A stretch of DNA of 64,000 bases. It comes from a virus (taxonomy: Duplodnaviria; Caudoviricetes). Made by a program: the position numbers and the translations under genes. This document shows positions 56,771 to 64,000 of the stretch, piece by piece. The notes beneath the pieces are model-generated. The model worked only from the letters and a program-made list of their open reading frames with translations, was not told the origin of the DNA and made no database searches. Position 1 is the stretch's first letter, and every line of letters begins with the position of its first letter. Location: the IMG/VR virus record IMGVR_UViG_3300035034_000127, positions 1 through 64,000 of that record, one strand, 5' to 3'.

Positions 56771-57067
56771 TTATAAACCCAACTCCTTCCTTAGATTAGC
56801 ACCTTGAGGCAACAATATTTTAGTACCTGCAACAAAATCGTACACAGGGTCTTTTATGATATCCGGATTACGCTGAGCAAACACCCACCACAACTCTTTC
56901 TTGCCATAGAGATCGTATGCCAGTAGGTCTGGTCGGTAAGTGTATGCCGGAGTAATTACATATAATACATCGTCGCCAGCAACTGGTACAGGCCTAGGAG
57001 TAAATATGTCTAAATATCCTGCTGGATTAATTTGTGTGTTACTGTATGGTCCAAAGTTTTTAGACAT
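56771..57067 (-). CDS. gp53: Baseplate wedge protein gp53-like (LysM-like)
   Basis: YRPDLLAYDLYG...LWWVFA..N..I.DP..DF..G..I.LP. Confidence 0.75.
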   Translation of the reverse strand: MSKNFGPYSNTQINPAGYLDIFTPRPVPVAGDDVLYVITPAYTYRPDLLAYDLYGKKELWWVFAQRNPDIIKDPVYDFVAGTKILLPQGANLRKELGL

Positions 57068-57984
57068 TATACAAATCCTTCTGGTCCAGATATATGAGTT
57101 CCGTTAATGTAGTCCTGAAAGCTGAACTTGGATTGACTACGTCTTGCATAGTTTGGAGCTAGAGTAACAGTGAATACACTTTGAGTAGGTACATAATCAA
57201 TCTCTCCTGCTACATTGCACTCTATGTAGTCAACATCAGCTGGCATATCAGTAGTGAAGTTGGTTATTACTACTGGTATATTGTTTAGAACGTGCTTACC
57301 GTAGCCGTTAAGTCTTGCAATAGGTGGCGGATTGCCTAATGATTCTGTACTGGCTCCAGAGAACATCTTAGTCATCGCTCGTAAATAGTGCAGGCATGCT
57401 ATCCAATACCTCGCATCTTCTTGATTTTCATTATAAAACTCGCCTGTTATAGTTATATTATCAACTTGACTATTTTCATACACATGATATGGATAATTTG
57501 AATGCACAGGATGCATGTTAGTATAATTTGCAGTATGACCCAGTAATATTGTAGGAGTAAAAGGAAAGATCATTCTATTACCGGTTCTTGATAATTCTGC
57601 AATAATTGATCCTTGCATTACAACATCAGGCACACTAAGGCTAACTCGCCAGTCAACTGTGTCGCTACCAGTTAGTGAATCATTTAATATTACTCTTGGC
57701 AGACTTTTTGGTTCAGGAGCTGCACCTGGGAAGATTCGCTGAGCTGCATTACCTACCATCCTAATAGCTTTGCCAACATCAGAGTTAGCTCCGCCCTGCC
57801 TGGCGATTATGTTGTCTACTATCCCAATAGAGTTCTTTACTATCTCCCCGGTCTCTGCTCGATCAGCAGAATTATCCGAATCTTTCGTTCTCCTAAAGAA
57901 CGAAGTCTGGTTGGCTAGACCACCTGAGCTGCTTGCCGAGGCATCACCGCCTGAGTTACTATTAAAAGCGCTAAAAATTGACAT
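57067..57984 (-). CDS. Putative tail tube initiator / baseplate tube-cap protein
   Basis: IFPFTP.I...A.Y...HSNY...Y.NS...I.ITG.F...G.PPP..RL.GYG...PVVIT.F. Confidence 0.6.
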   Translation of the reverse strand: MSIFSAFNSNSGGDASASSSGGLANQTSFFRRTKDSDNSADRAETGEIVKNSIGIVDNIIARQGGANSDVGKAIRMVGNAAQRIFPGAAPEPKSLPRVILNDSLTGSDTVDWRVSLSVPDVVMQGSIIAELSRTGNRMIFPFTPTILLGHTANYTNMHPVHSNYPYHVYENSQVDNITITGEFYNENQEDARYWIACLHYLRAMTKMFSGASTESLGNPPPIARLNGYGKHVLNNIPVVITNFTTDMPADVDYIECNVAGEIDYVPTQSVFTVTLAPNYARRSQSKFSFQDYINGTHISGPEGFV

Positions 57985-58004
57985 AAGTTGTTGATCTCCA
58001 ACAG

Positions 58005-58010
58005 TATTTA
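58005..58010 (-). promoter_or_regulatory. Late-promoter motif TAAATA heading the baseplate operon
   Basis: Upstream of GGAG RBS and ATG 57984. Confidence 0.65.
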
Positions 58011-58011
58011 G

Positions 58012-58040
58012 TTGACAAAATTAAGTATGTAGTTTATAAT
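58012..58040 (+). promoter_or_regulatory. Perfect sigma70 promoter TTGACA-17-TATAAT for gp55
   Basis: TTGACA 58012-58017, TATAAT 58035-58040, then TAAGGAG RBS and TTG start. Confidence 0.88.
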
Positions 58041-58063
58041 AAATATATAATAAGGAGTAACAA

Positions 58064-59926
58064 TTGAGAAAACGCAATTACTTAAATAACAGAGATATCC
58101 TCAAAGAAATTCATAAATCTAAAAATACTTTCAATAGTTACGTTGAGCCTAGCTACAATCAATATGATATCATTCTCAAGAACGTGGATGATATACACTT
58201 ATTGGAATCGTACATGGTTAACGACGAAGGCGAAACTGTCAAGATACTCGGAACTATAGCGCAAGCCAAAACTAACAAAGCAAAAAGACTGTCAACTGCT
58301 GAATATGAAAGAAGACGTATTGCTGGTGAAAAGGTTAAACAAGCGGAATGTGAAATTACTCCAGACGAAATCACTAAAGAAGAACTAATCTTCAGAGTCA
58401 TGGATTTTGATCATATTCCTGAACAGCCGGGAAGAAAGAAAAATCCAAAAACAATAGCAGACACCAAGGTCAAGCTAAACTTTCCTCCTTTCAAGCATTA
58501 CAAGTTTGAAGGAGATGATCTAGTATGTGTTGGAAAAAGTCATTGGAAAGGGGATTTGGAATCTGGACATTTTGACAGAGAACACGGCAAGGCCACAAAT
58601 AATCTAGCTCTAATGTGGCTTAAATTAGTTGATAGATACGCTACTCGTGGGAATGTTAGAGGTTATTGTGTTGATATAAACACCGAAGCACTAACCGATC
58701 GTGGTTGGATGAGTATAAACGAAATTAGCGAAAATGATCAAATTTTATCATATACTGACGGCAATTTGAAATGGTCAAAAATTAAATCAATATACCGAGG
58801 TGACTATAACGGGTTAATGCACAAAATGACTCTTCAAGGGTTTGACTCACTAGTAACGCCGGGGCACAAGTTTGTTACAGAACGGGGACTAGTTAAGGCC
58901 GAGCACCTTAAAGAAACTGACAAATTGGTATTACTAGGTAATGCAGTAGTTGACATTACCCCTGCTGTATATACAGATGAATTTGTTGAATTAATTGGAT
59001 GGATTGTAACCGAAGGATGTTATCAAAAAGGCAGAAACAACAAATTTGGATGCATTAGTGTCTATCAAAATAAAGGAATTTATGCTGATCGTATGAGAGA
59101 CTGTTTAACAAAATTAAATTATAAATTTTCTGAAAATAAAGAAAAAAATATATGCTTTAGAATTTCTGCAGAATCTAGTAGAAACGTTGAATCTATCTTT
59201 AAAGAAAAAAACCTTAATATGAAATTTATAATGTCATTGACATCAAATCAGCGGCAATTATTAATTGAGACAATGATTGACGGTGACGGATGGAGGACTA
59301 ATGGGTATAAAAGATATTGTCAAAAAGATCCTGCTCACGTAAACCTATTCCAGGCAGTGTGTGCTATTTCTGGCATAAGAAGTAATTCTCATCTAGTAGA
59401 TGGTGTGTCATTTGGGAAGCCTGTTACTTACTATAACATAAACTTGTTTACCGAAAAGAAAAATACAACTAGAGTAGAATGTGTAAATTTTCACGGTGGG
59501 AAGAATAACGGCAGAAACAGAACAACTGGACGCGGTAAAGAGTCACATCCTAACTATCCAACAACGCAGTATAACGGGAAAGTATGGTGCCCGGAAACTG
59601 AATATGGTAGTTTTGTAGCCAGAAGAAGTGGTGGGGTATTTTTAACCGGAAACACCTACAACGATGAAATGAAAGGCCAGGCGATACTACAACTAGCGCA
59701 AATAGGATTACAATTTGACGAATCCAAGTCAGACAATCCTTTCGCATATTATACGGCGGCTGTAACCAATTCGTTTGTGCGAGTGATAAATATTGAGAAG
59801 CGCAATCAAAACATACGTGACGATATACTTGAAATGAATGACTTAAATCCGTCACACACGCGAATAAATAACGGCAAGTGGGAAGCAGAGGTTAAACGCA
59901 ATGAGTCTAACTCAGAAAACAATTGA
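58064..59926 (+). CDS. gp55: Sigma factor for late transcription (T4 gp55-like), intein-containing
   Basis: NYLNN..IL.EI; after intein removal RYATRGNVRGY|TYNDEM...FDESKSDNPFAYYT...SF.R.INIEK; upstream of gp47/gp46. Confidence 0.85.
   Translation: MRKRNYLNNRDILKEIHKSKNTFNSYVEPSYNQYDIILKNVDDIHLLESYMVNDEGETVKILGTIAQAKTNKAKRLSTAEYERRRIAGEKVKQAECEITPDEITKEELIFRVMDFDHIPEQPGRKKNPKTIADTKVKLNFPPFKHYKFEGDDLVCVGKSHWKGDLESGHFDREHGKATNNLALMWLKLVDRYATRGNVRGYCVDINTEALTDRGWMSINEISENDQILSYTDGNLKWSKIKSIYRGDYNGLMHKMTLQGFDSLVTPGHKFVTERGLVKAEHLKETDKLVLLGNAVVDITPAVYTDEFVELIGWIVTEGCYQKGRNNKFGCISVYQNKGIYADRMRDCLTKLNYKFSENKEKNICFRISAESSRNVESIFKEKNLNMKFIMSLTSNQRQLLIETMIDGDGWRTNGYKRYCQKDPAHVNLFQAVCAISGIRSNSHLVDGVSFGKPVTYYNINLFTEKKNTTRVECVNFHGGKNNGRNRTTGRGKESHPNYPTTQYNGKVWCPETEYGSFVARRSGGVFLTGNTYNDEMKGQAILQLAQIGLQFDESKSDNPFAYYTAAVTNSFVRVINIEKRNQNIRDDILEMNDLNPSHTRINNGKWEAEVKRNESNSENN
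58667..59653 (+). mobile_element. Intein (329 aa) with LAGLIDADG homing endonuclease
   Basis: Block A CVDINTEALTDRGW, block B LVTPGHKF, LAGLIDADG motifs LIGWIVTEG and LIETMIDGDG, block F KVWCPET, end LTGN followed by Thr. Confidence 0.92.
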
Positions 59927-61646
59927 TAGCTTTCTAAATAAAAAAAGACTAACTTTTGCTTTGCTGGCAGCGTCTTGTTTAAAAGACAGCGCCGTCAGCG
60001 TGTCTTTGGCTATTAATTCTAAAAACGCAAGACAGGTATTACATCACATAGAAACAGGATCTACTATTGTACCCCAATGTCCTTGTGGTACTGCGTTAGC
60101 TTGGCATCCCGACAAATACTGCTATCGAACGTATTGTTCAAACGCATGTACAGCCACATACACTGTTAAGGAAAAGAAAAAAAAGAACCTAGAATTACTG
60201 GGAGTAGAATGGCATTCACAAAGTGCGGATTGGGCTAACAAGGTTAAAAAGACTAGTTTAGAAAAGTTCGGAGTAGACCATTACAGTAAAACTAATAGTT
60301 TCAATCAGGCAGTCAAAACCACTAACCTAAAAAATTACGGAGTAGAACACCCGGCGCAGAGCTTTGAAATTAAAGAAAAGATGATTGCAACTTGGAAAAA
60401 GAATCACGGCGTAACTAATCCAATGCAGCTATTAAGCGTTCGACAAAAAGTTGCAGAAACAACATTTGATCGGCTAGGTGTACACAACGCATTCAGTTGT
60501 TTATTGGTACAACAGCAAATCAAGCAAACTAATCTAGATAGATACGGCGTAGAAAATCCTATGCAATGTGTAGATACTCAATCAAAGGTTGTTGCAACAC
60601 GTAAAAAAAACTATTATACAACTGACACGCTAGATAAACTTCATTCGCCGGCCTGGTTATTTAAAGAACACGTTAGTGGAAAGACAATTACAGAAATTGC
60701 CAGCAACATTGGCGTAAGTTCCAGCAACTTAGCAAAGTATTTTCAAAAATACAATATTGACGTGATTCGGCATCGACAAACATACGCTGAAAAAAAGATG
60801 TTATCATTTTTTAATCACTATAATGTGAAAGTAATACCTAACAATCGAAGTATTATATCTCCGAAAGAACTAGACTTCTTTTTGCCCGAACATAATTTAG
60901 CAATTGAGATAAACGGAGTATACTGGCATACTGAACAGTTTAACAAACACTCACAGTATCATCTTAATAAAACTCAGGAGTGTGCGCAATTGGGTATTGA
61001 ATTATGGCAATTCTGGGATTACGAAATAGAACAGTTATGGGAATTGATCACTCAGAAACTGCTATCCAGAATGCAAATACAACAAAAAAAGACAGGTGCT
61101 AGAAAACTAAAAGTAGTTAATGTAGGTAAAGAACAAAAAAGTGCGTTCTTTGCTGAATCTCACCTACAAGGAGACTGCGGTAGTTCTATAAACCTAGGAC
61201 TAGTAGATCAACACCAAACATTGGTTATGTGTGCTAGTTTCAGTAAATCACGATTTTCAAAAAAACACAAATGGGAGCTAATAAGATTAGCCACAAAGAA
61301 AGGTAACCTTGTCGTCGGTGGGGCTAGCAAATTAATAGCTCGTTTCTCGAAAGATTATATGAAACACAACGAGAACCTAGTAAGTTATTGCAATCGTAGG
61401 TTTTCTAGAGGTAACGTTTACCAAAAACTAGGATTTACCTGCATTTCATCCAATACACCAGGGTATGTATATGCAAAAGGCAATAGAATTATAGGCAGTC
61501 GACAGCAATGGCAAAAACATAAGCTGGCAGCTAGGCTGGCGGTTTTTGATTCGAGACTCACCGAAGTTGAAAATATGGCAGCAAGTTCCTGTTATAGGCT
61601 ATGGGATTGCGGGCAAGATACTTGGGTACTAACTAAACTCCATTGA
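59901..61646 (+). CDS. Free-standing Hef-like homing endonuclease (PD-(D/E)xK/Vsr-like) with N-terminal repeats
   Basis: CPCG...YCSNAC; repeats K.T.L..YGVE.P; HTH-like KTITEIASNIGVS; ELDFFLPEHNLAIEINGVYWH; C-terminal HLQG...ELIRLA...GGASKL...SYCNRRFS.G..Y..LGF...WDCG. Confidence 0.75.
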   Translation: MSLTQKTIDSFLNKKRLTFALLAASCLKDSAVSVSLAINSKNARQVLHHIETGSTIVPQCPCGTALAWHPDKYCYRTYCSNACTATYTVKEKKKKNLELLGVEWHSQSADWANKVKKTSLEKFGVDHYSKTNSFNQAVKTTNLKNYGVEHPAQSFEIKEKMIATWKKNHGVTNPMQLLSVRQKVAETTFDRLGVHNAFSCLLVQQQIKQTNLDRYGVENPMQCVDTQSKVVATRKKNYYTTDTLDKLHSPAWLFKEHVSGKTITEIASNIGVSSSNLAKYFQKYNIDVIRHRQTYAEKKMLSFFNHYNVKVIPNNRSIISPKELDFFLPEHNLAIEINGVYWHTEQFNKHSQYHLNKTQECAQLGIELWQFWDYEIEQLWELITQKLLSRMQIQQKKTGARKLKVVNVGKEQKSAFFAESHLQGDCGSSINLGLVDQHQTLVMCASFSKSRFSKKHKWELIRLATKKGNLVVGGASKLIARFSKDYMKHNENLVSYCNRRFSRGNVYQKLGFTCISSNTPGYVYAKGNRIIGSRQQWQKHKLAARLAVFDSRLTEVENMAASSCYRLWDCGQDTWVLTKLH

Positions 61647-61671
61647 CATCAACAACTTAATGCTGTATAGT
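61643..61671 (+). promoter_or_regulatory. Sigma70-type promoter TTGACA-17-TATAGT for gp47/gp46
   Basis: TTGACA 61643-61648 (overlaps the endonuclease stop), TATAGT 61666-61671, AGAGG RBS. Confidence 0.75.
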
Positions 61672-61694
61672 TTACTATAAATTAGAGGAAAAAA

Positions 61695-62702
61695 ATGTTT
61701 AATAAAGCAGCAGTTTTTACCGACATTCACTTTGGTCTCAAAGGAAATAGTCGGGTACACAATCAAGATTGTGAAGATTTTGTTGACTGGTACATCGAAA
61801 CCGCAAAATCCAACGGGTGTGAAACTGGAATCTTTTGCGGAGACTGGCATCACAACCGAAATTCCCTAAACCTAACTACAATGGACGCGACAATACGCAG
61901 TTTAGAGAAACTAGGAGCAGCATTTGACAACTTCTACTTGTTTGTAGGTAACCATGACTTGTATTATAAGGATAAAAGAGATGTAACGTCAATGAGTTTT
62001 GGACGGCACATTCCCGGCGTCACATTTGTTGACTCAATTCTAGAAAAAGATGATGTTGCTCTCATTCCGTGGCTAATAGGAGACGAATGGAAAAAAATTC
62101 AAAAGATCAAAGCCAAGTATATGTTTGGTCACTTTGAGTTACCGCACTTTTACATGAATGCCATGGTACAGATGCCAGACCACGGTGAGCTTAAAGCTGA
62201 AAACTTTAAGAACCAGGAATATGTGTTCTCAGGTCACTTTCATAAAAGACAACAGCAAGGAAAGATACACTATATTGGTAATGCGTTTCCACATAACTAC
62301 GCCGATGCCTGGGATGATAAACGAGGCATGATGATATTAGAGAAAAACGGAGAACCAGAATTTATCGATTGGCCTGAATGTCCCAAATACCGAACAGTTA
62401 ATCTTTCACAGCTGATCGATGAAGCGGATACGTTAATTAAGAGTAAAATGTACCTTAGGGTAACGTTAGACCTTCCTATCAGCTACGAAGAAGCAAGTTT
62501 TATCAAGGAAACTTTCATTAATCAATACGGATGTAGAGAAATTACATTGATTTCTCAAAAACAGATAGACGAATTGTCTACAGACTTAGATATTCAAGCA
62601 TTCGAGAGTGTAGACCAAATTGTTGCTAAAGAAATTACCGAACTAGACACTAACAACTACGATAAGAAAATGTTATTAGATATTTACAACGGATTAGAAT
62701 AA
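61695..62702 (+). CDS. gp47: Recombination endonuclease subunit (T4 gp47 / SbcD / Mre11 family)
   Basis: Metallophosphoesterase motifs TDIHFG, GDWHH, GNHD, GHFE, SGHFH. Confidence 0.92.
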   Translation: MFNKAAVFTDIHFGLKGNSRVHNQDCEDFVDWYIETAKSNGCETGIFCGDWHHNRNSLNLTTMDATIRSLEKLGAAFDNFYLFVGNHDLYYKDKRDVTSMSFGRHIPGVTFVDSILEKDDVALIPWLIGDEWKKIQKIKAKYMFGHFELPHFYMNAMVQMPDHGELKAENFKNQEYVFSGHFHKRQQQGKIHYIGNAFPHNYADAWDDKRGMMILEKNGEPEFIDWPECPKYRTVNLSQLIDEADTLIKSKMYLRVTLDLPISYEEASFIKETFINQYGCREITLISQKQIDELSTDLDIQAFESVDQIVAKEITELDTNNYDKKMLLDIYNGLE

Positions 62703-62703
62703 T

Positions 62704-64000
62704 ATGATACAGATACAGGATTTAACGGTTCGCAACTTTATGTCGGTTGGAAACTGTGCTCAAGCTATAGACTTTAGTAAAGAGCAACTAACACTGGTGC
62801 TTGGTGAGAACCTAGATCAGGGCGGGGGTGGTGACGGGAATCGAAACGCCACAGGGAAATCAACTATTATTAACGCGCTTAGCTATGCTCTTTATGGCCA
62901 AGCGCTGACTAACATCAAGAAAAATAATCTAATTAACAAGACCAACAGTAAAAATATGTTGGTCACTCTTCATTTTAAGAAGAGCAACGTGGACTATAGA
63001 ATAGAAAGAGGACGAAGCCCCAACATTCTTAAGTTTTATGTGGATGATGCAGAACAAGACATGACTGATGAGTCACAAGGTGATAGTCGCAGAACACAGG
63101 ACACGATTAACGACCTATTGGGTATGAGCCACGATATGTTTAAACACATTGTTGCTCTTAATACCTATACTGAGCCGTTCCTGTCAATGAGAGCCAACGA
63201 TCAACGTGCTATCATTGAGCAATTACTAGGTATTACTATACTAACTGAAAAAGCAGTGGCATTAAAAGAACAAGTACGAGTGTCTAAAGACTCTATAACC
63301 GAAGAGACACTAAAGATAGACGCAATTAAAACAGCAAACGGCAAAATTGAGCAAAGTATAGCTACCTTGGTCAGCAGACAACGTGCATGGCAATCAAAGA
63401 AGAAGCAAGACAGTATAAAACTACAACAAGGTATTGACCAATTAGAAAAACTTGATATTGAGCTAGAACTTAGCGATCACGAAAAGTTGCAGCATTGGAC
63501 TCAAATGAATACTGCTGTTACTGCTCTTAATAAAGAGAAAAGTACACTAGATACTGCGTTAATGAGAGCAGATACTGCTGTGAGCAAGGTAAAAAAGAAC
63601 ATTGTTGAACTAGATGATGCTACCTGTTACACATGCGGTCAAGAATTACACGCAGACAAAAGGGATGAAATACAAAAGTCCAAAGAAAAAGAACTAGCTG
63701 ATGCCACTGCTTATCAAAAAGAAGTAGTAGACAAGCTAAAGAAGGTAATGGCCAATCTGTCTGAGATCGGCGAGCTGAATGGTAAGCCTATCACATTCTA
63801 CGACAGTGCAAAAGAAGCATACGAACACCGCAGCAACGTTGAGAACCTAAAAAACACGTTAACTGCAAAACAGAACGACGAAGATCCGTATGAAGCACAA
63901 GTATCTGATCTAAAGACGTCAGCTCTGCAAGAAATTAACTGGATTACAGTAAATGAAATAACCAATCTAAAAGAACATCAAGAGTTTCTTCTCAAACTGC
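62704..64000 (+). CDS. gp46: Recombination ATPase subunit (T4 gp46 / SbcC / Rad50 family), 3' truncated; absent from ORF track
   Basis: MIQIQDLTVRNFMSVGN...LVLGENLD...NATGKSTIINALSYALYG Walker A, coiled coil, CYTC zinc hook; frame runs off the window. Confidence 0.92.
   Translation, partial: MIQIQDLTVRNFMSVGNCAQAIDFSKEQLTLVLGENLDQGGGGDGNRNATGKSTIINALSYALYGQALTNIKKNNLINKTNSKNMLVTLHFKKSNVDYRIERGRSPNILKFYVDDAEQDMTDESQGDSRRTQDTINDLLGMSHDMFKHIVALNTYTEPFLSMRANDQRAIIEQLLGITILTEKAVALKEQVRVSKDSITEETLKIDAIKTANGKIEQSIATLVSRQRAWQSKKKQDSIKLQQGIDQLEKLDIELELSDHEKLQHWTQMNTAVTALNKEKSTLDTALMRADTAVSKVKKNIVELDDATCYTCGQELHADKRDEIQKSKEKELADATAYQKEVVDKLKKVMANLSEIGELNGKPITFYDSAKEAYEHRSNVENLKNTLTAKQNDEDPYEAQVSDLKTSALQEINWITVNEITNLKEHQEFLLKL

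Noticed and set aside
351-61853. Many short ORF-track entries antisense to or out of frame within long genes (e.g. 351-566, 26353-26805, 48742-49143, 59550-59855)
   Set aside because: Fully overlap well-supported genes and show no recognisable motifs; treated as shadow ORFs.
1-64000. Stop-codon reassignment as seen in some large phages
   Set aside because: TAA, TAG and TGA all end tightly packed genes and a 4699-codon ORF is intact under the standard code.
1-64000. CRISPR array, tRNAs or large ncRNA
   Set aside because: All intergenic gaps are under about 80 bp and no spaced direct repeats or cloverleaf patterns were seen by eye.

Overview
A gene-dense segment of a large T4-related (myovirus-like) bacteriophage genome in the standard genetic code, with no tRNA, rRNA or CRISPR array visible. 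Left end (1-3.9 kb): a truncated metallopeptidase-vWA gene, small hypothetical genes and a fibre-like protein. About 3.95-23.9 kb: a 24-gene tailoring-enzyme island with 5 2OG-Fe(II) oxygenase-like proteins, 2 kinase-fold proteins lacking canonical catalytic residues, a GNAT-like protein, a QueC-like PP-loop enzyme, 6 radical SAM enzymes with auxiliary Cys clusters, a methyltransferase, a UDP-sugar 6-dehydrogenase and 5 glycosyltransferase-like proteins. About 24-58 kb (minus strand): tail fibre and baseplate module including a 4699-aa protein, gp6-, gp25-, gp5- (with C-terminal M15 peptidase), hub- and gp53-like proteins. Right end: late sigma factor gp55 carrying a LAGLIDADG intein, a free-standing Hef-like endonuclease gene, then gp47 and gp46. 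Four sigma70-consensus promoters and many TAAATA late-promoter motifs can be read directly, two of them inside RBS-sequestering hairpins. The best candidate for a new system is the enzyme island, possibly a virion glycan/protein decoration pathway. All product calls come from motif reading by eye; no database search was run.
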